From sequence record PX880100.1: 64,000 nucleotides of DNA; one strand, written 5' to 3'. This DNA is from a phage. A program made the translations under genes and the position numbers. The notes beneath the pieces were generated by a model that ran no database searches, was not told the DNA's origin, and saw only the letters and a list, made by a program, of their open reading frames with translations. Shown one piece after another: positions 47,862 to 56,315 of this stretch. Every line of letters starts with the position of its first letter. Within the stretch, counting starts at the first letter, position 1.

Positions 47862-48374
47862 TTACACCTTAAATTGTTGTAGGGCTTTACACATTTCAAG
47901 ATCTGGACTAAATTCTAACATATAGCTAACAGCTTTTAAATCCTGAAGATTTATCCCGGTCCTACCGTTGACTATAACCGTTGGATACTGATACATCATA
48001 GCACCCCCATCATCAAGCACACACCAATGTTTGAGCTTATGCTTTTCAACGAAGCGAAGAACAGAATTACCCCTAGATAATCCACCCCCAGTAAAATCCG
48101 TTGTACCAAGAAAACGATCGATAAGACCTAATCCGGTCATAATCTGAACGTTCTCCATCTCATTTCTGACAGAGAACCAAGATGATACTCCAACAATCAT
48201 TATCGGAGAAGGACGAATAAAGTCCTGAAAAGCCTTGAGAAGCGGTTTGAAAACCCAGTCACTTCCAAAGAAAATCTTTTCATCATCAGGTGCATGATGG
48301 TGGGAGATGCTTGAATTGAGCACCCCATCAATGTCCAGAAAAATAATTGGAGTATTACTTATTTCCTGACACAT
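47862..48374 (-). CDS. HAD-superfamily phosphatase-like protein (170 aa)
   Basis: HAD motif I FLDIDGVLN near the N-terminus and motif IV-like CVLDDGG; substrate not inferable. Confidence 0.5.
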   Translation of the reverse strand: MCQEISNTPIIFLDIDGVLNSSISHHHAPDDEKIFFGSDWVFKPLLKAFQDFIRPSPIMIVGVSSWFSVRNEMENVQIMTGLGLIDRFLGTTDFTGGGLSRGNSVLRFVEKHKLKHWCVLDDGGAMMYQYPTVIVNGRTGINLQDLKAVSYMLEFSPDLEMCKALQQFKV

Positions 48375-49170
48375 GAGGTCTACCCCCTAAATGAGCTTCT
48401 ACACGAGCAATAAAATCAGGATCACTGAAAGCATCTACCGCACCTTTACTCCAGTAAGGGATACCGCGTTCTTCCAGCTGGTACATCTCACTACGAGTCA
48501 TACCTTGATAGCCAGGTTCCGCCGCTAGGGCACTATCATAGTAGTTAACAACCATTAGCTTGGCAGCAGTCAAATTAAGAACAGGAAATAGTTCCCAGTA
48601 GAAGTTAATTACTTGGTTAGAGCAACCAACCACAATGATCATATCTTGACTGGTAATACCATCAAAAACATTGTACATTTCCGCATATGCTGGAGCATGC
48701 TCTCCAAAGAAGATTACATTAGGTTTAACCCATTTATAATCATCTGGATCAATAGAATTGTATCCTACATCAATAATCCGTTTATTGCTACTATTGTAGC
48801 TATCAGCTACAACAACCTCTTTTAAATATCCGTGAATGTGCAGAATGTCACTATGTGGAACGCCAGCACGCTCAATAAGGTCATCAACGTTGGTAGTCAA
48901 GTTTACTACTTGACCTGGATATTGTTTATACCATTCACCAATACGCAAATGCGCAAGATTGGGTTCAACAGTTTTTAGCTCTTCACGACGCCTGTTGTAA
49001 AACATATGGGTTTTATGATAAAAATTACCACGAAAGGCATGAATATTGCATACCTCTTCTAAGTCATAATCATCCCACAATGCTTTACCACTAGCAGTAT
49101 CAGTACGGAAGGCTCGTACACCGCTTTCAACACTCAAACCTGCACCGCTAATAACAATTAATCTACGCAT
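48355..49170 (-). CDS. Sir2 (sirtuin)-family NAD-dependent protein, Zn-ribbon-less (271 aa)
   Basis: Sirtuin signature blocks: GAGLSVESGVRAFR (GAGIS-ESGIP-FR), TTNVDDLIERAG (TQNID-LH-RAG), catalytic HIHG, VKPNVIFFGE, IVVGCS; no CxxC...CxxC zinc module. Confidence 0.65.
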   Translation of the reverse strand: MRRLIVISGAGLSVESGVRAFRTDTASGKALWDDYDLEEVCNIHAFRGNFYHKTHMFYNRRREELKTVEPNLAHLRIGEWYKQYPGQVVNLTTNVDDLIERAGVPHSDILHIHGYLKEVVVADSYNSSNKRIIDVGYNSIDPDDYKWVKPNVIFFGEHAPAYAEMYNVFDGITSQDMIIVVGCSNQVINFYWELFPVLNLTAAKLMVVNYYDSALAAEPGYQGMTRSEMYQLEERGIPYWSKGAVDAFSDPDFIARVEAHLGGRPHVSGNK

Positions 49171-49384
49171 TTTTCACCTGTTCTCTGAAGTTTTGCCCAA
49201 TACTGTCTAATAGCTCAGCTAATTCTTTATTGCCTTTCTCCATTAAGGTATTAGCAATAACTTCTAGCATAGTAGCGCAGGATTCAATACCATCCTTATA
49301 GCCAGTTTCCCAGTGCTGCATTAATGCGTTTTCCAAAGCGGCGTTTAAACCCTTATCTGGTAGCATCGGCTTCGAGAATGCCAT
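49163..49384 (-). CDS. hypothetical protein (73 aa)
   Basis: Co-oriented small ORF in the operon, ATG at 49384. Confidence 0.3.
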   Translation of the reverse strand: MAFSKPMLPDKGLNAALENALMQHWETGYKDGIESCATMLEVIANTLMEKGNKELAELLDSIGQNFREQVKNA

Positions 49385-49559
49385 AAAGTTTCTCCTCTAG
49401 TTCCATAACACGATTTTCATAAGAGGCACGCAACTTTTCAATTGCCAGCGCACGCACTGTAACCTCATTAGAATTAATAGCTAACTGGGCCAGATCTTCT
49501 GTTTCCATACGTCCGTTGTAAATTAAGCGATATTTAAGGTGCTTCACATTCTTAGTCAT
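49353..49559 (-). CDS. hypothetical protein (68 aa)
   Basis: Start moved to ATG 49559 (MTKNVKHLKY) with GGAG 7 nt upstream; track start is TTG. Confidence 0.3.
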   Translation of the reverse strand: MTKNVKHLKYRLIYNGRMETEDLAQLAINSNEVTVRALAIEKLRASYENRVMELEEKLYGILEADATR

Positions 49560-49932
49560 TATTAAACTCCACTGCAACTGTTTCTAGGTCTTCATCAGAA
49601 AAACTAGAGTATATATCTTTAAGATACTGTTTAATACTCCAAGTAATATCTTCATACCCATTGGGGCTACGTTGGTATACTTTTAACACTCTATTATACA
49701 CAAATTCAAGATTACATTTTACTTCATCTCTGTCTTCATCAAACAAGCAATATGGGTTATAAGGCGATACATCTAGATTTGTTCCTACCCAATCGCCAAT
49801 AATGGTAGGGTATGCAACACCCTCTATACGCGAGTAATCACCTGTGGCAGCAAAGACAGCCTCCGCAATATCATCCACACCCAGATGGAAACTACCACAT
49901 GTAGATTCAACTATATAAGGCTTTAATTTCAT
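49552..49932 (-). CDS. hypothetical protein (126 aa), first gene of the Sir2/HAD operon
   Basis: ATG at 49932 preceded by RBS GAGAGGAG and the PN25-type promoter at 49961-49989. Confidence 0.4.
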   Translation of the reverse strand: MKLKPYIVESTCGSFHLGVDDIAEAVFAATGDYSRIEGVAYPTIIGDWVGTNLDVSPYNPYCLFDEDRDEVKCNLEFVYNRVLKVYQRSPNGYEDITWSIKQYLKDIYSSFSDEDLETVAVEFNND

Positions 49933-49960
49933 ATTTTTCTCCTCTCAAATTTATAAATCT

Positions 49961-49989
49961 ATTATATATAAATTTTTGGCTGAAAGCAA
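49961..49989 (-). promoter_or_regulatory. strong sigma70 promoter (PN25-type)
   Basis: Minus strand: TTGCTT, 17-bp spacer, TATAAT, then AGATTTATAAATTTGAGAGGAG leader. Confidence 0.65.
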
Positions 49990-50024
49990 ATAAAATAAAA
50001 GCCAGGTCGACTAGCAACCCGGCT
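49990..50024 (-). terminator. terminator-like hairpin after nrdD
   Basis: Minus strand: imperfect 7-bp stem AGCCGGG/CCTGGCT followed by TTTTATTTTATTT. Confidence 0.45.
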
Positions 50025-50031
50025 GATTAGC

Positions 50032-51906
50032 TTATTTAGCTCGAATATCCTGATGTTTCACCCTGCCCATAACCTCGTGCTGTTTGCCGGGGTTAAATGG
50101 ACGAGCACCCGGATTTCCAAGATACCCACAAACTCGACGAGTTACTTCAAGAGTTTCGGGGTCATGATTACCACAGATAGGGCACTTAAATCCATCTTCG
50201 GATGCTATTGTTTCACCTAAGAATCCACATTTACCACAAGAATCCACTGGAGTATTAATACCGAAGTAATGAACCTTACTAGCCGCATAATTAATAACCC
50301 ATTCCAGTGCATCTGGGAATCGTTTCATATCCGGTAGTTCTACATAGGAAATGCACCCACCAGAAGCAATCGGAGTAAAGTTAGACTCATAATCAAATTT
50401 CACGTTAGGAGCAACTTTACGTTCCACATCAAGGTGGTGAGAGTTAGTGTAGTATCCTTTGGACAGAATATCTTCATGCTCCGGGAAATATTCACGGTCT
50501 AGACGACAAAAACGGTCGCATAGGGATTCTGATGGTGTAGCATACAGACTATAACCTAGTTTAGTTTCTTCCTTCTTCTGATCGACTCTATCCCGCATGT
50601 ACTGCAATACACGCTGAACAAACTTGATGCAGGTCTCGGACATTGTGTCTACATCTTTGCCAAACATGAACTGTAGCATTTCATGGCAGCCAATATACCC
50701 TAGAGATACAGAAGCACGGTTATAGAAATGATCGAATACATATTCCTCAGGCCCCAAGCGTAACCCAAAGGCTCCTGACATATAGAGGATGGGTGCAGCT
50801 TTAGCTTGAATGTATTTTAAGCGATCAACTCTCCACTCCAACGCTTTTAATGCTGTATCCACACGTAGCTCAAGCAAATCAAAGAATAGGTCAATATTTC
50901 CCTCAGCTTCGATAGCAATTCTAGGCAAGTTTACAGAAACAACACCTAAGTTATTACGACCGGCAGTTTCACCATCTTCTGTAGCAGCTAGGAATGAACG
51001 ACAGCCCATAGAAACTTTGTAGTCCCCAGTAACTTCCACAACCTTATCATAGCTGATATAATCTGGATACATACGTTCAGCAGTACATTTCATAGCTAAC
51101 TTCTTGATGTCATAATTAACATCTCCTGGTTTCATGTTAACACCATCACGAAGTACAAATACCAGTTTCGGGAAGATAGCTGTACGTTTATTGATACCTA
51201 AACCATCCATGCGTACTTTCAGTATTGCTTTCTGTACTAGACGTGCTTCCCAAGAAGTTCCTAGACCAAAACCAAAGGTAATAAATGGACTCTGACCGTT
51301 AGAGTTGAACATTGTATTGATTTCATACTCTAGACCCTGACAGGCATCATAGACTTCCTTTTCAGTCATCTCCGTAGCCATTACTGATGCTTTGGCTTCA
51401 TCCTTAGTCCAACGTTTTGCAAACGCATGATTTTTGTCATAGGATTTACGAACATAAGGGGCTAATACTTCATCAAGGCGATCTACAGAAGTACCACCAT
51501 ACTGATGGGAGCTAACCTGAGTGATAATCTGAGCAGTAATAGCCGCCGCAGTAGTAATAGAGTTTGGAGTGCTAATTTCAGCATTACCAACCTTCATACC
51601 ATTCTTCAACATATCTTCCAGAGCTACCAGACAACAGTTAGTCATGCCTAATGCAGCATAATCAGCATCATGGAAATGAATATCCCCAATCATATGAGCA
51701 TTTCGAATCTGAATTGGCATTTCTTCTAGAATCAGATACTTACTCAATTCACCTGCAAGCATATCCCTTTGTGTAGGGAAACGTTCTGAGGGTTTATTAG
51801 CATTATTAAACAGCAGCTCTTCATCTGCTGACCCTTCGATAATCTCTTTGCAGTTTCTAATTAACGCCTGCATTTCTTTATACTTTAGTTCTTCATTGCG
51901 ATTCAT
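50032..51906 (-). CDS. nrdD: anaerobic ribonucleoside-triphosphate reductase (624 aa)
   Basis: C-terminal glycyl-radical motif RVCGYLG and Zn-binding CxxC pairs (CGKCGF...CPICG). Confidence 0.85.
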   Translation of the reverse strand: MNRNEELKYKEMQALIRNCKEIIEGSADEELLFNNANKPSERFPTQRDMLAGELSKYLILEEMPIQIRNAHMIGDIHFHDADYAALGMTNCCLVALEDMLKNGMKVGNAEISTPNSITTAAAITAQIITQVSSHQYGGTSVDRLDEVLAPYVRKSYDKNHAFAKRWTKDEAKASVMATEMTEKEVYDACQGLEYEINTMFNSNGQSPFITFGFGLGTSWEARLVQKAILKVRMDGLGINKRTAIFPKLVFVLRDGVNMKPGDVNYDIKKLAMKCTAERMYPDYISYDKVVEVTGDYKVSMGCRSFLAATEDGETAGRNNLGVVSVNLPRIAIEAEGNIDLFFDLLELRVDTALKALEWRVDRLKYIQAKAAPILYMSGAFGLRLGPEEYVFDHFYNRASVSLGYIGCHEMLQFMFGKDVDTMSETCIKFVQRVLQYMRDRVDQKKEETKLGYSLYATPSESLCDRFCRLDREYFPEHEDILSKGYYTNSHHLDVERKVAPNVKFDYESNFTPIASGGCISYVELPDMKRFPDALEWVINYAASKVHYFGINTPVDSCGKCGFLGETIASEDGFKCPICGNHDPETLEVTRRVCGYLGNPGARPFNPGKQHEVMGRVKHQDIRAK

Positions 51907-51935
51907 TATACTCTCCTTCTCTAACTAAGACTACT

Positions 51936-51964
51936 ATTATAACTCATTCGAGGGCGGATGTCAA
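51936..51964 (-). promoter_or_regulatory. perfect-consensus sigma70 promoter for nrdD
   Basis: Minus strand: TTGACA, 17-bp spacer, TATAAT, then RBS GAGAAGGAGAG and ATG at 51906. Confidence 0.65.
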
Positions 51965-52015
51965 CAATATTTTACTATAAAGTTCTGTAACATGATCTGA
52001 GTCAAAAAATTTTAT

Positions 52016-52044
52016 TTGCCAATCTCTATTAAAAATTGTATAAT
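52016..52044 (+). promoter_or_regulatory. sigma70-type promoter (upstream copy of a tandem pair before phoH)
   Basis: TTGCCA, 17-bp spacer, extended -10 TGTATAAT. Confidence 0.45.
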
Positions 52045-52156
52045 CACGCACTCGTGCACGCGATATAAAATGATTATCTAGTATCACACATCTCACGTTA
52101 AAAGCAAGCAAATTTTTTATTTAAATGCAATATCATAGGCTTATTTAAAATTGTAG

Positions 52157-52185
52157 TTGCTTTTTACTGTATATATTGGTATAAT
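52157..52185 (+). promoter_or_regulatory. sigma70-type promoter for phoH
   Basis: TTGCTT, 17-bp spacer, TATAAT; RBS TAGGAG 8 nt before ATG 52259. Confidence 0.6.
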
Positions 52186-52258
52186 ATATTTGTAAGTTGA
52201 TAAACAAGATCTTTTTGTTGATCCTCTGTTAGCGAAGTACACTATAGGAGTGTTATTT

Positions 52259-53011
52259 ATGGGAAAAGCACGTCAAAAAAGAGAGAACCGCAATGGTTCA
52301 AGAAAGCGTGGCAACAAGTATGAGAATAACGTAATTCAGGCTGATTTTTCTAATGATTACGCTAACCCAGTTGCTAAATCCCTAGTAGGTAAAAACCGCG
52401 AGCAAAAATCATATATCAATATGATCAAGAACAACACAGTGACTGTGGGTATTGGTGAGCCAGGTACAGGTAAAACCTTTATTCCGTCTGTTCTTGCAGC
52501 TCAGGAACTTGTAGACATTCACTCAGATATTGAGCAAGTGATCCTCGTACGTCCTAATGAACCTCTAGGTAAGTCTCTTGGTATGCTTCCTGGTGATCTA
52601 GCGGAAAAGCTAGAGCCTTGGTTGGAGCCAATAGCTGATGGTATGAAATGGGCCATCGGCGATCATGCATATAAAGGATATGTCGAACGTCAGAAAATTA
52701 AATTTTTGGCTATCGAACATGCTCGTGGCAGAACTTTCAACAACTCCTATGTAATTGTCGACGAAGCTCAGAATATTTCCGTTGAGGCAATGATTTGTCT
52801 CCTAACTCGTGTAGGGCAAGACTGCCGTTTAATTATCTGCGGAGATATAGCTCAGAAAGACATTAAAGGTGACTCAGGTCTAGCACTCCTTATGGAAGTC
52901 TATGAGAAATACGAAAATGCCCCCTTCTCAATGATCGAATTGATTGATAACGTTCGTTCTGTTGAGTCTAAAGCATTCTATGATATTTTTAAAGACATGG
53001 GGAAGGTGTAA
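52259..53011 (+). CDS. phoH: PhoH-like ATPase (250 aa)
   Basis: Walker A GEPGTGKTF and Walker B YVIVDEAQN; start moved from track GTG 52250 to ATG 52259. Confidence 0.8.
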   Translation: MGKARQKRENRNGSRKRGNKYENNVIQADFSNDYANPVAKSLVGKNREQKSYINMIKNNTVTVGIGEPGTGKTFIPSVLAAQELVDIHSDIEQVILVRPNEPLGKSLGMLPGDLAEKLEPWLEPIADGMKWAIGDHAYKGYVERQKIKFLAIEHARGRTFNNSYVIVDEAQNISVEAMICLLTRVGQDCRLIICGDIAQKDIKGDSGLALLMEVYEKYENAPFSMIELIDNVRSVESKAFYDIFKDMGKV

Positions 53012-53012
53012 T

Positions 53013-53255
53013 ATGGGAAACGTCGTTCATCTGAGCCGTAAAACTAAAATACATCGTACTTCACTGAGTGCTGCTAATATGATTACACGTAAGGAAGGGG
53101 AAGAAAGTCCTAAGACAACCCTAGCGTGGAAAATTGTAACCTCAAATCCAAATAAACCATTCAATTATAACGAGCTAAGCACCTCTATAGATATTCTATT
53201 AAAAGAAGTAGCTAGAGCTAAAGTAATTGAACAAGCTAAAAAGCTAGACTGGTAA
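53013..53255 (+). CDS. hypothetical protein (80 aa)
   Basis: ATG at 53013 directly after the phoH stop with GGGGAAGG upstream; the longer track ORF (from 52944) overlaps phoH in another frame. Confidence 0.3.
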   Translation: MGNVVHLSRKTKIHRTSLSAANMITRKEGEESPKTTLAWKIVTSNPNKPFNYNELSTSIDILLKEVARAKVIEQAKKLDW

Positions 53256-53376
53256 TATACAGGGCCTGGGTATGAAAATACTCGGGCCTTTTCTATCAGA
53301 AAATTTTATTTGCCTAATGACCGATAATAAAGTAGAATATTCCTTAAATCCTGATAACTATAAAAAGGAAAGCCAA

Positions 53377-55707
53377 ATGAGCCATCGCATTGAAAAAGTA
53401 ATTAAACGTGACGGTACTGTAGAAGACTTTGCTCCTGAAAAACTCAATGGTTGGGCAGAGTATGGTTGCAAAACAGTTGATGTAAGTTGGTCAGCCATTA
53501 CTATGGCTGCTCAAAAAACTCTACCTAAAGGGGTTGTAGATTCCGATACTCTGATGGACGCATTAATTAAGGCTGCCGAAAGTCTTATCAAAGATAACCC
53601 AGCATATGATGTGCCCGCAAAGGAATTACGTCTTGCGCAAATGCGTAAACGTCTTTATGACTCTTTCGAACCGCCTTCTCTGCGCTTCTTCCACGACCAT
53701 ATGGTTAGCGTAGGTGCATGGGAAGACATGAGTGCATGGATTACCGATGAGCAATTTGAAGCTCTGAATCAGGTTATCGACCATGATCGTGACCGTCTTT
53801 TTACTAGTGGTGGACTGAAGCAGTTCTTTGATAAGTATTCCCGGCGTAACATAGCCACTGGTGAAATTTATGAAACTCCGCAGTTTGCCTACATGGGTAT
53901 GGCAATGGCGATGCTATCTCAACCTAACTGGACAATTCTAGATGCAATCGACCTCTACAACGCAATGTCACTCCACAAAATCAACGTTCCTACGCCGCCA
54001 CTGGTTGGTCTGCGCTCTAGTGACCGTGGATTTGCTAGTTGCTGCCTCGTGGATTCCACTGACACGTTGGATTCAATCGACACCGCCGAGCACATCGTCT
54101 TCAAAATGGTCGCAGCCAGAGCGGGAATCGGGTATCATCTTGAAAGCCGATCAATTGCTGATCCGGTGCGAAATGGGGCATTCCCGCATTCCGGAAAACT
54201 GCCATATTATCGACACATTGACCGCTCAGTAAAGGCTAATACTCAGCAAACTCGTGGTGGTTCTGCTACAGTGTCTTATCCATACTTCGATCCTGAAATC
54301 ATTCAATTGATGCAGGTTAAGCAACAACGTGCTACAGATGAGAATAAAATCGATAAGATGGATTATTCTCTGAGCTTCAACAATCTTTTGTTAAAACGTT
54401 ATCTGAAAAATGAAGATATTACGCTAATGTCATACTTCTATGCTCCAGAAGTTCATGAAGCGTTTTATAGTGATGACGAGGCTAAATTTGAAGAAATCTA
54501 CGTGGCAGCGGAGAAACGTGTGGCATCTCTTACAAAGATCGACCACGAAGGAAAAACAGTTCCAGCAGCTCCTAAAGTCTGTGCAAAAGAAATCCTAGAT
54601 ACTTGGCTACGTATCCGAATGGAAACAGGACGTATGTATGCTCATCACATCGGGGAATCTAATCGTCACGGTAACTTCCTTGATCCGATCCGTATGACAA
54701 ACCTTTGTGTTGAAATTACTCAGCCTACACGCCCGTTCCATCATATCACAGAGCTGTATAAGACAAAAGAGCAGCTTGATCAAATGAAGCCGGAGGATAT
54801 TGGTGAAGTATCTCTGTGTAACTTAGGTGGTGTTGTACTTGGACGCATGGAATCTCTGGCTGAGTGGGAAAAAACTTGCTACATCCTTCTGAAATTCGTT
54901 GATACAATTATTGAAATTCAGGATTATCCATTCCCAACTATGGAATATACGGCTAAGAAACGTCGTAATGTTGGTATTGGCCTGATGAACGCAGCAGGTG
55001 CAATGGCAGCAGAAGGTCTGGCTTATGAAGGTATTGAAGCCCGTAACTGGATTCACCGTGAGGCTGAAAAACTGTCTTACTTTCTGCATAAAGCCTCTGT
55101 ACGCCTAGCTAAAGAACAGGGTGCATGTGAGTGGTTTGATCGTACTAAACCATCTAAAGGAATTCTGGTAATCGACACTTACAAGAAAACTGTTGATGAA
55201 CTGGTATCCGTAGGTCTAGAAATGGATTGGGAGTCTCTGCGTGCAGATATTCTGAAATATGGTATGCGTAACTCTGTTCTGACTGCTCAGATGCCGGGAG
55301 AAAGTTCTTCTGTTCTGTTAGGTGTTACTAACTCTATTGAACCGCCTCGTAAGATTGTATCTATCAAAGGTAGTGCAGTGAATAAAGTAATTGCAATTGC
55401 TCCGGGTGCAACCGATTGGGAAACGTTAATGAGCTATAAACTGGCTTATGATGTAGATCGTATTGAGTGGATCAAATGGGTAGCAACTATGCAGAAATTC
55501 TTCAGTCAGTCTATCAGTACGAATATGTACTATGACTACACCAAGTTTGAGAATGAAATCATTCCTGGCCCAGTAGTAGTTCGTGATTTCATGACTGCTG
55601 TTAAGTATGGTTGGAAGACTTTCTATTACGCAAACTTCAACACCGCTAATGGTGGTGGTGCAGGAGAAGAATCCGCAGGCTGCGCTTCTGGTGGTTGTAC
55701 CATCTAA
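53377..55707 (+). CDS. nrdA: ribonucleoside-diphosphate reductase large subunit (776 aa)
   Basis: N-terminal ATP-cone (MSHRIEKVIKRDGTVEDF), class I active-site blocks (CNLGGV-like SLCNLGGVVL) and C-terminal redox Cys pair (CASGGC); start moved to ATG 53377 with RBS AAAAAGGAAAG. Confidence 0.9.
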   Translation: MSHRIEKVIKRDGTVEDFAPEKLNGWAEYGCKTVDVSWSAITMAAQKTLPKGVVDSDTLMDALIKAAESLIKDNPAYDVPAKELRLAQMRKRLYDSFEPPSLRFFHDHMVSVGAWEDMSAWITDEQFEALNQVIDHDRDRLFTSGGLKQFFDKYSRRNIATGEIYETPQFAYMGMAMAMLSQPNWTILDAIDLYNAMSLHKINVPTPPLVGLRSSDRGFASCCLVDSTDTLDSIDTAEHIVFKMVAARAGIGYHLESRSIADPVRNGAFPHSGKLPYYRHIDRSVKANTQQTRGGSATVSYPYFDPEIIQLMQVKQQRATDENKIDKMDYSLSFNNLLLKRYLKNEDITLMSYFYAPEVHEAFYSDDEAKFEEIYVAAEKRVASLTKIDHEGKTVPAAPKVCAKEILDTWLRIRMETGRMYAHHIGESNRHGNFLDPIRMTNLCVEITQPTRPFHHITELYKTKEQLDQMKPEDIGEVSLCNLGGVVLGRMESLAEWEKTCYILLKFVDTIIEIQDYPFPTMEYTAKKRRNVGIGLMNAAGAMAAEGLAYEGIEARNWIHREAEKLSYFLHKASVRLAKEQGACEWFDRTKPSKGILVIDTYKKTVDELVSVGLEMDWESLRADILKYGMRNSVLTAQMPGESSSVLLGVTNSIEPPRKIVSIKGSAVNKVIAIAPGATDWETLMSYKLAYDVDRIEWIKWVATMQKFFSQSISTNMYYDYTKFENEIIPGPVVVRDFMTAVKYGWKTFYYANFNTANGGGAGEESAGCASGGCTI

Positions 55708-55715
55708 TATTAACA

Positions 55716-55738
55716 AGGGGACGTATGTCCCCTTTATT
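55716..55738 (+). terminator. rho-independent terminator after nrdA
   Basis: 7-bp stem AGGGGAC/GTCCCCT with GTAT loop followed by TTATT. Confidence 0.6.
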
Positions 55739-55766
55739 AGGCCTTTTATGGCTGTAATTTTAAATT

Positions 55767-56249
55767 ATGGAAGAAAAATACAAAGAAATAGCGGGGTTAT
55801 TTGATTATAATCCAGAAACAGGGATATTTACCCATAAAGCTAGAGAAGATAAATCCTTCAATACTAGATTTGCTGGCAAAGAGGCTGGTTCTCTAGAAAA
55901 ATGCTCTGGATATATTGTAATGCAAGTAAAAGGCACTAAGTATTACGCGCATATCCTAGCATTCCTTATCGTTAATGGGTATATTCCAAAAGAAGTAGAT
56001 CACGATAATAGAATACGGCATGATAACCGAGCTATTAATTTAAAGGCCTCTGACAGACACAGTAATGGTAAAAATGTCGGGGCGCACAAAGATAATAAAT
56101 TAGGTATTAAAAATATTCACCAAAAAGCTAGTGGATCTTACCAGGTACAGATAGCCCGTAAAGGTGTAAAATATACTAAAACATTCAAAGAACTTGAGGA
56201 TGCTATAGAGTGGCGCGATATGAAACTATTGGAGCTTGATAGTTTATAA
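55767..56249 (+). CDS. HNH homing endonuclease (160 aa), free-standing between nrdA and nrdB
   Basis: HNH motif YAHILAFLIVNGYIPKEVDHDNRIRHDNRAINL; N-terminus (DYNPETGIFTHK) parallels the paralogue at 29327-29803 (DYDPLTGIFRWK). Confidence 0.7.
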   Translation: MEEKYKEIAGLFDYNPETGIFTHKAREDKSFNTRFAGKEAGSLEKCSGYIVMQVKGTKYYAHILAFLIVNGYIPKEVDHDNRIRHDNRAINLKASDRHSNGKNVGAHKDNKLGIKNIHQKASGSYQVQIARKGVKYTKTFKELEDAIEWRDMKLLELDSL

Positions 56250-56255
56250 TTTTAC

Positions 56256-56284
56256 TTGCTAATCGCTACCTGATTTGCTATAAT
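56256..56284 (+). promoter_or_regulatory. sigma70-type promoter for nrdB
   Basis: TTGCTA, 17-bp spacer, TATAAT; RBS GAGAAAGAGGAAAA before ATG 56316; the -35 lies just downstream of the HNH stop. Confidence 0.6.
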
Positions 56285-56315
56285 ATTCCTGAAATAGTGA
56301 GAAAGAGGAAAATCA

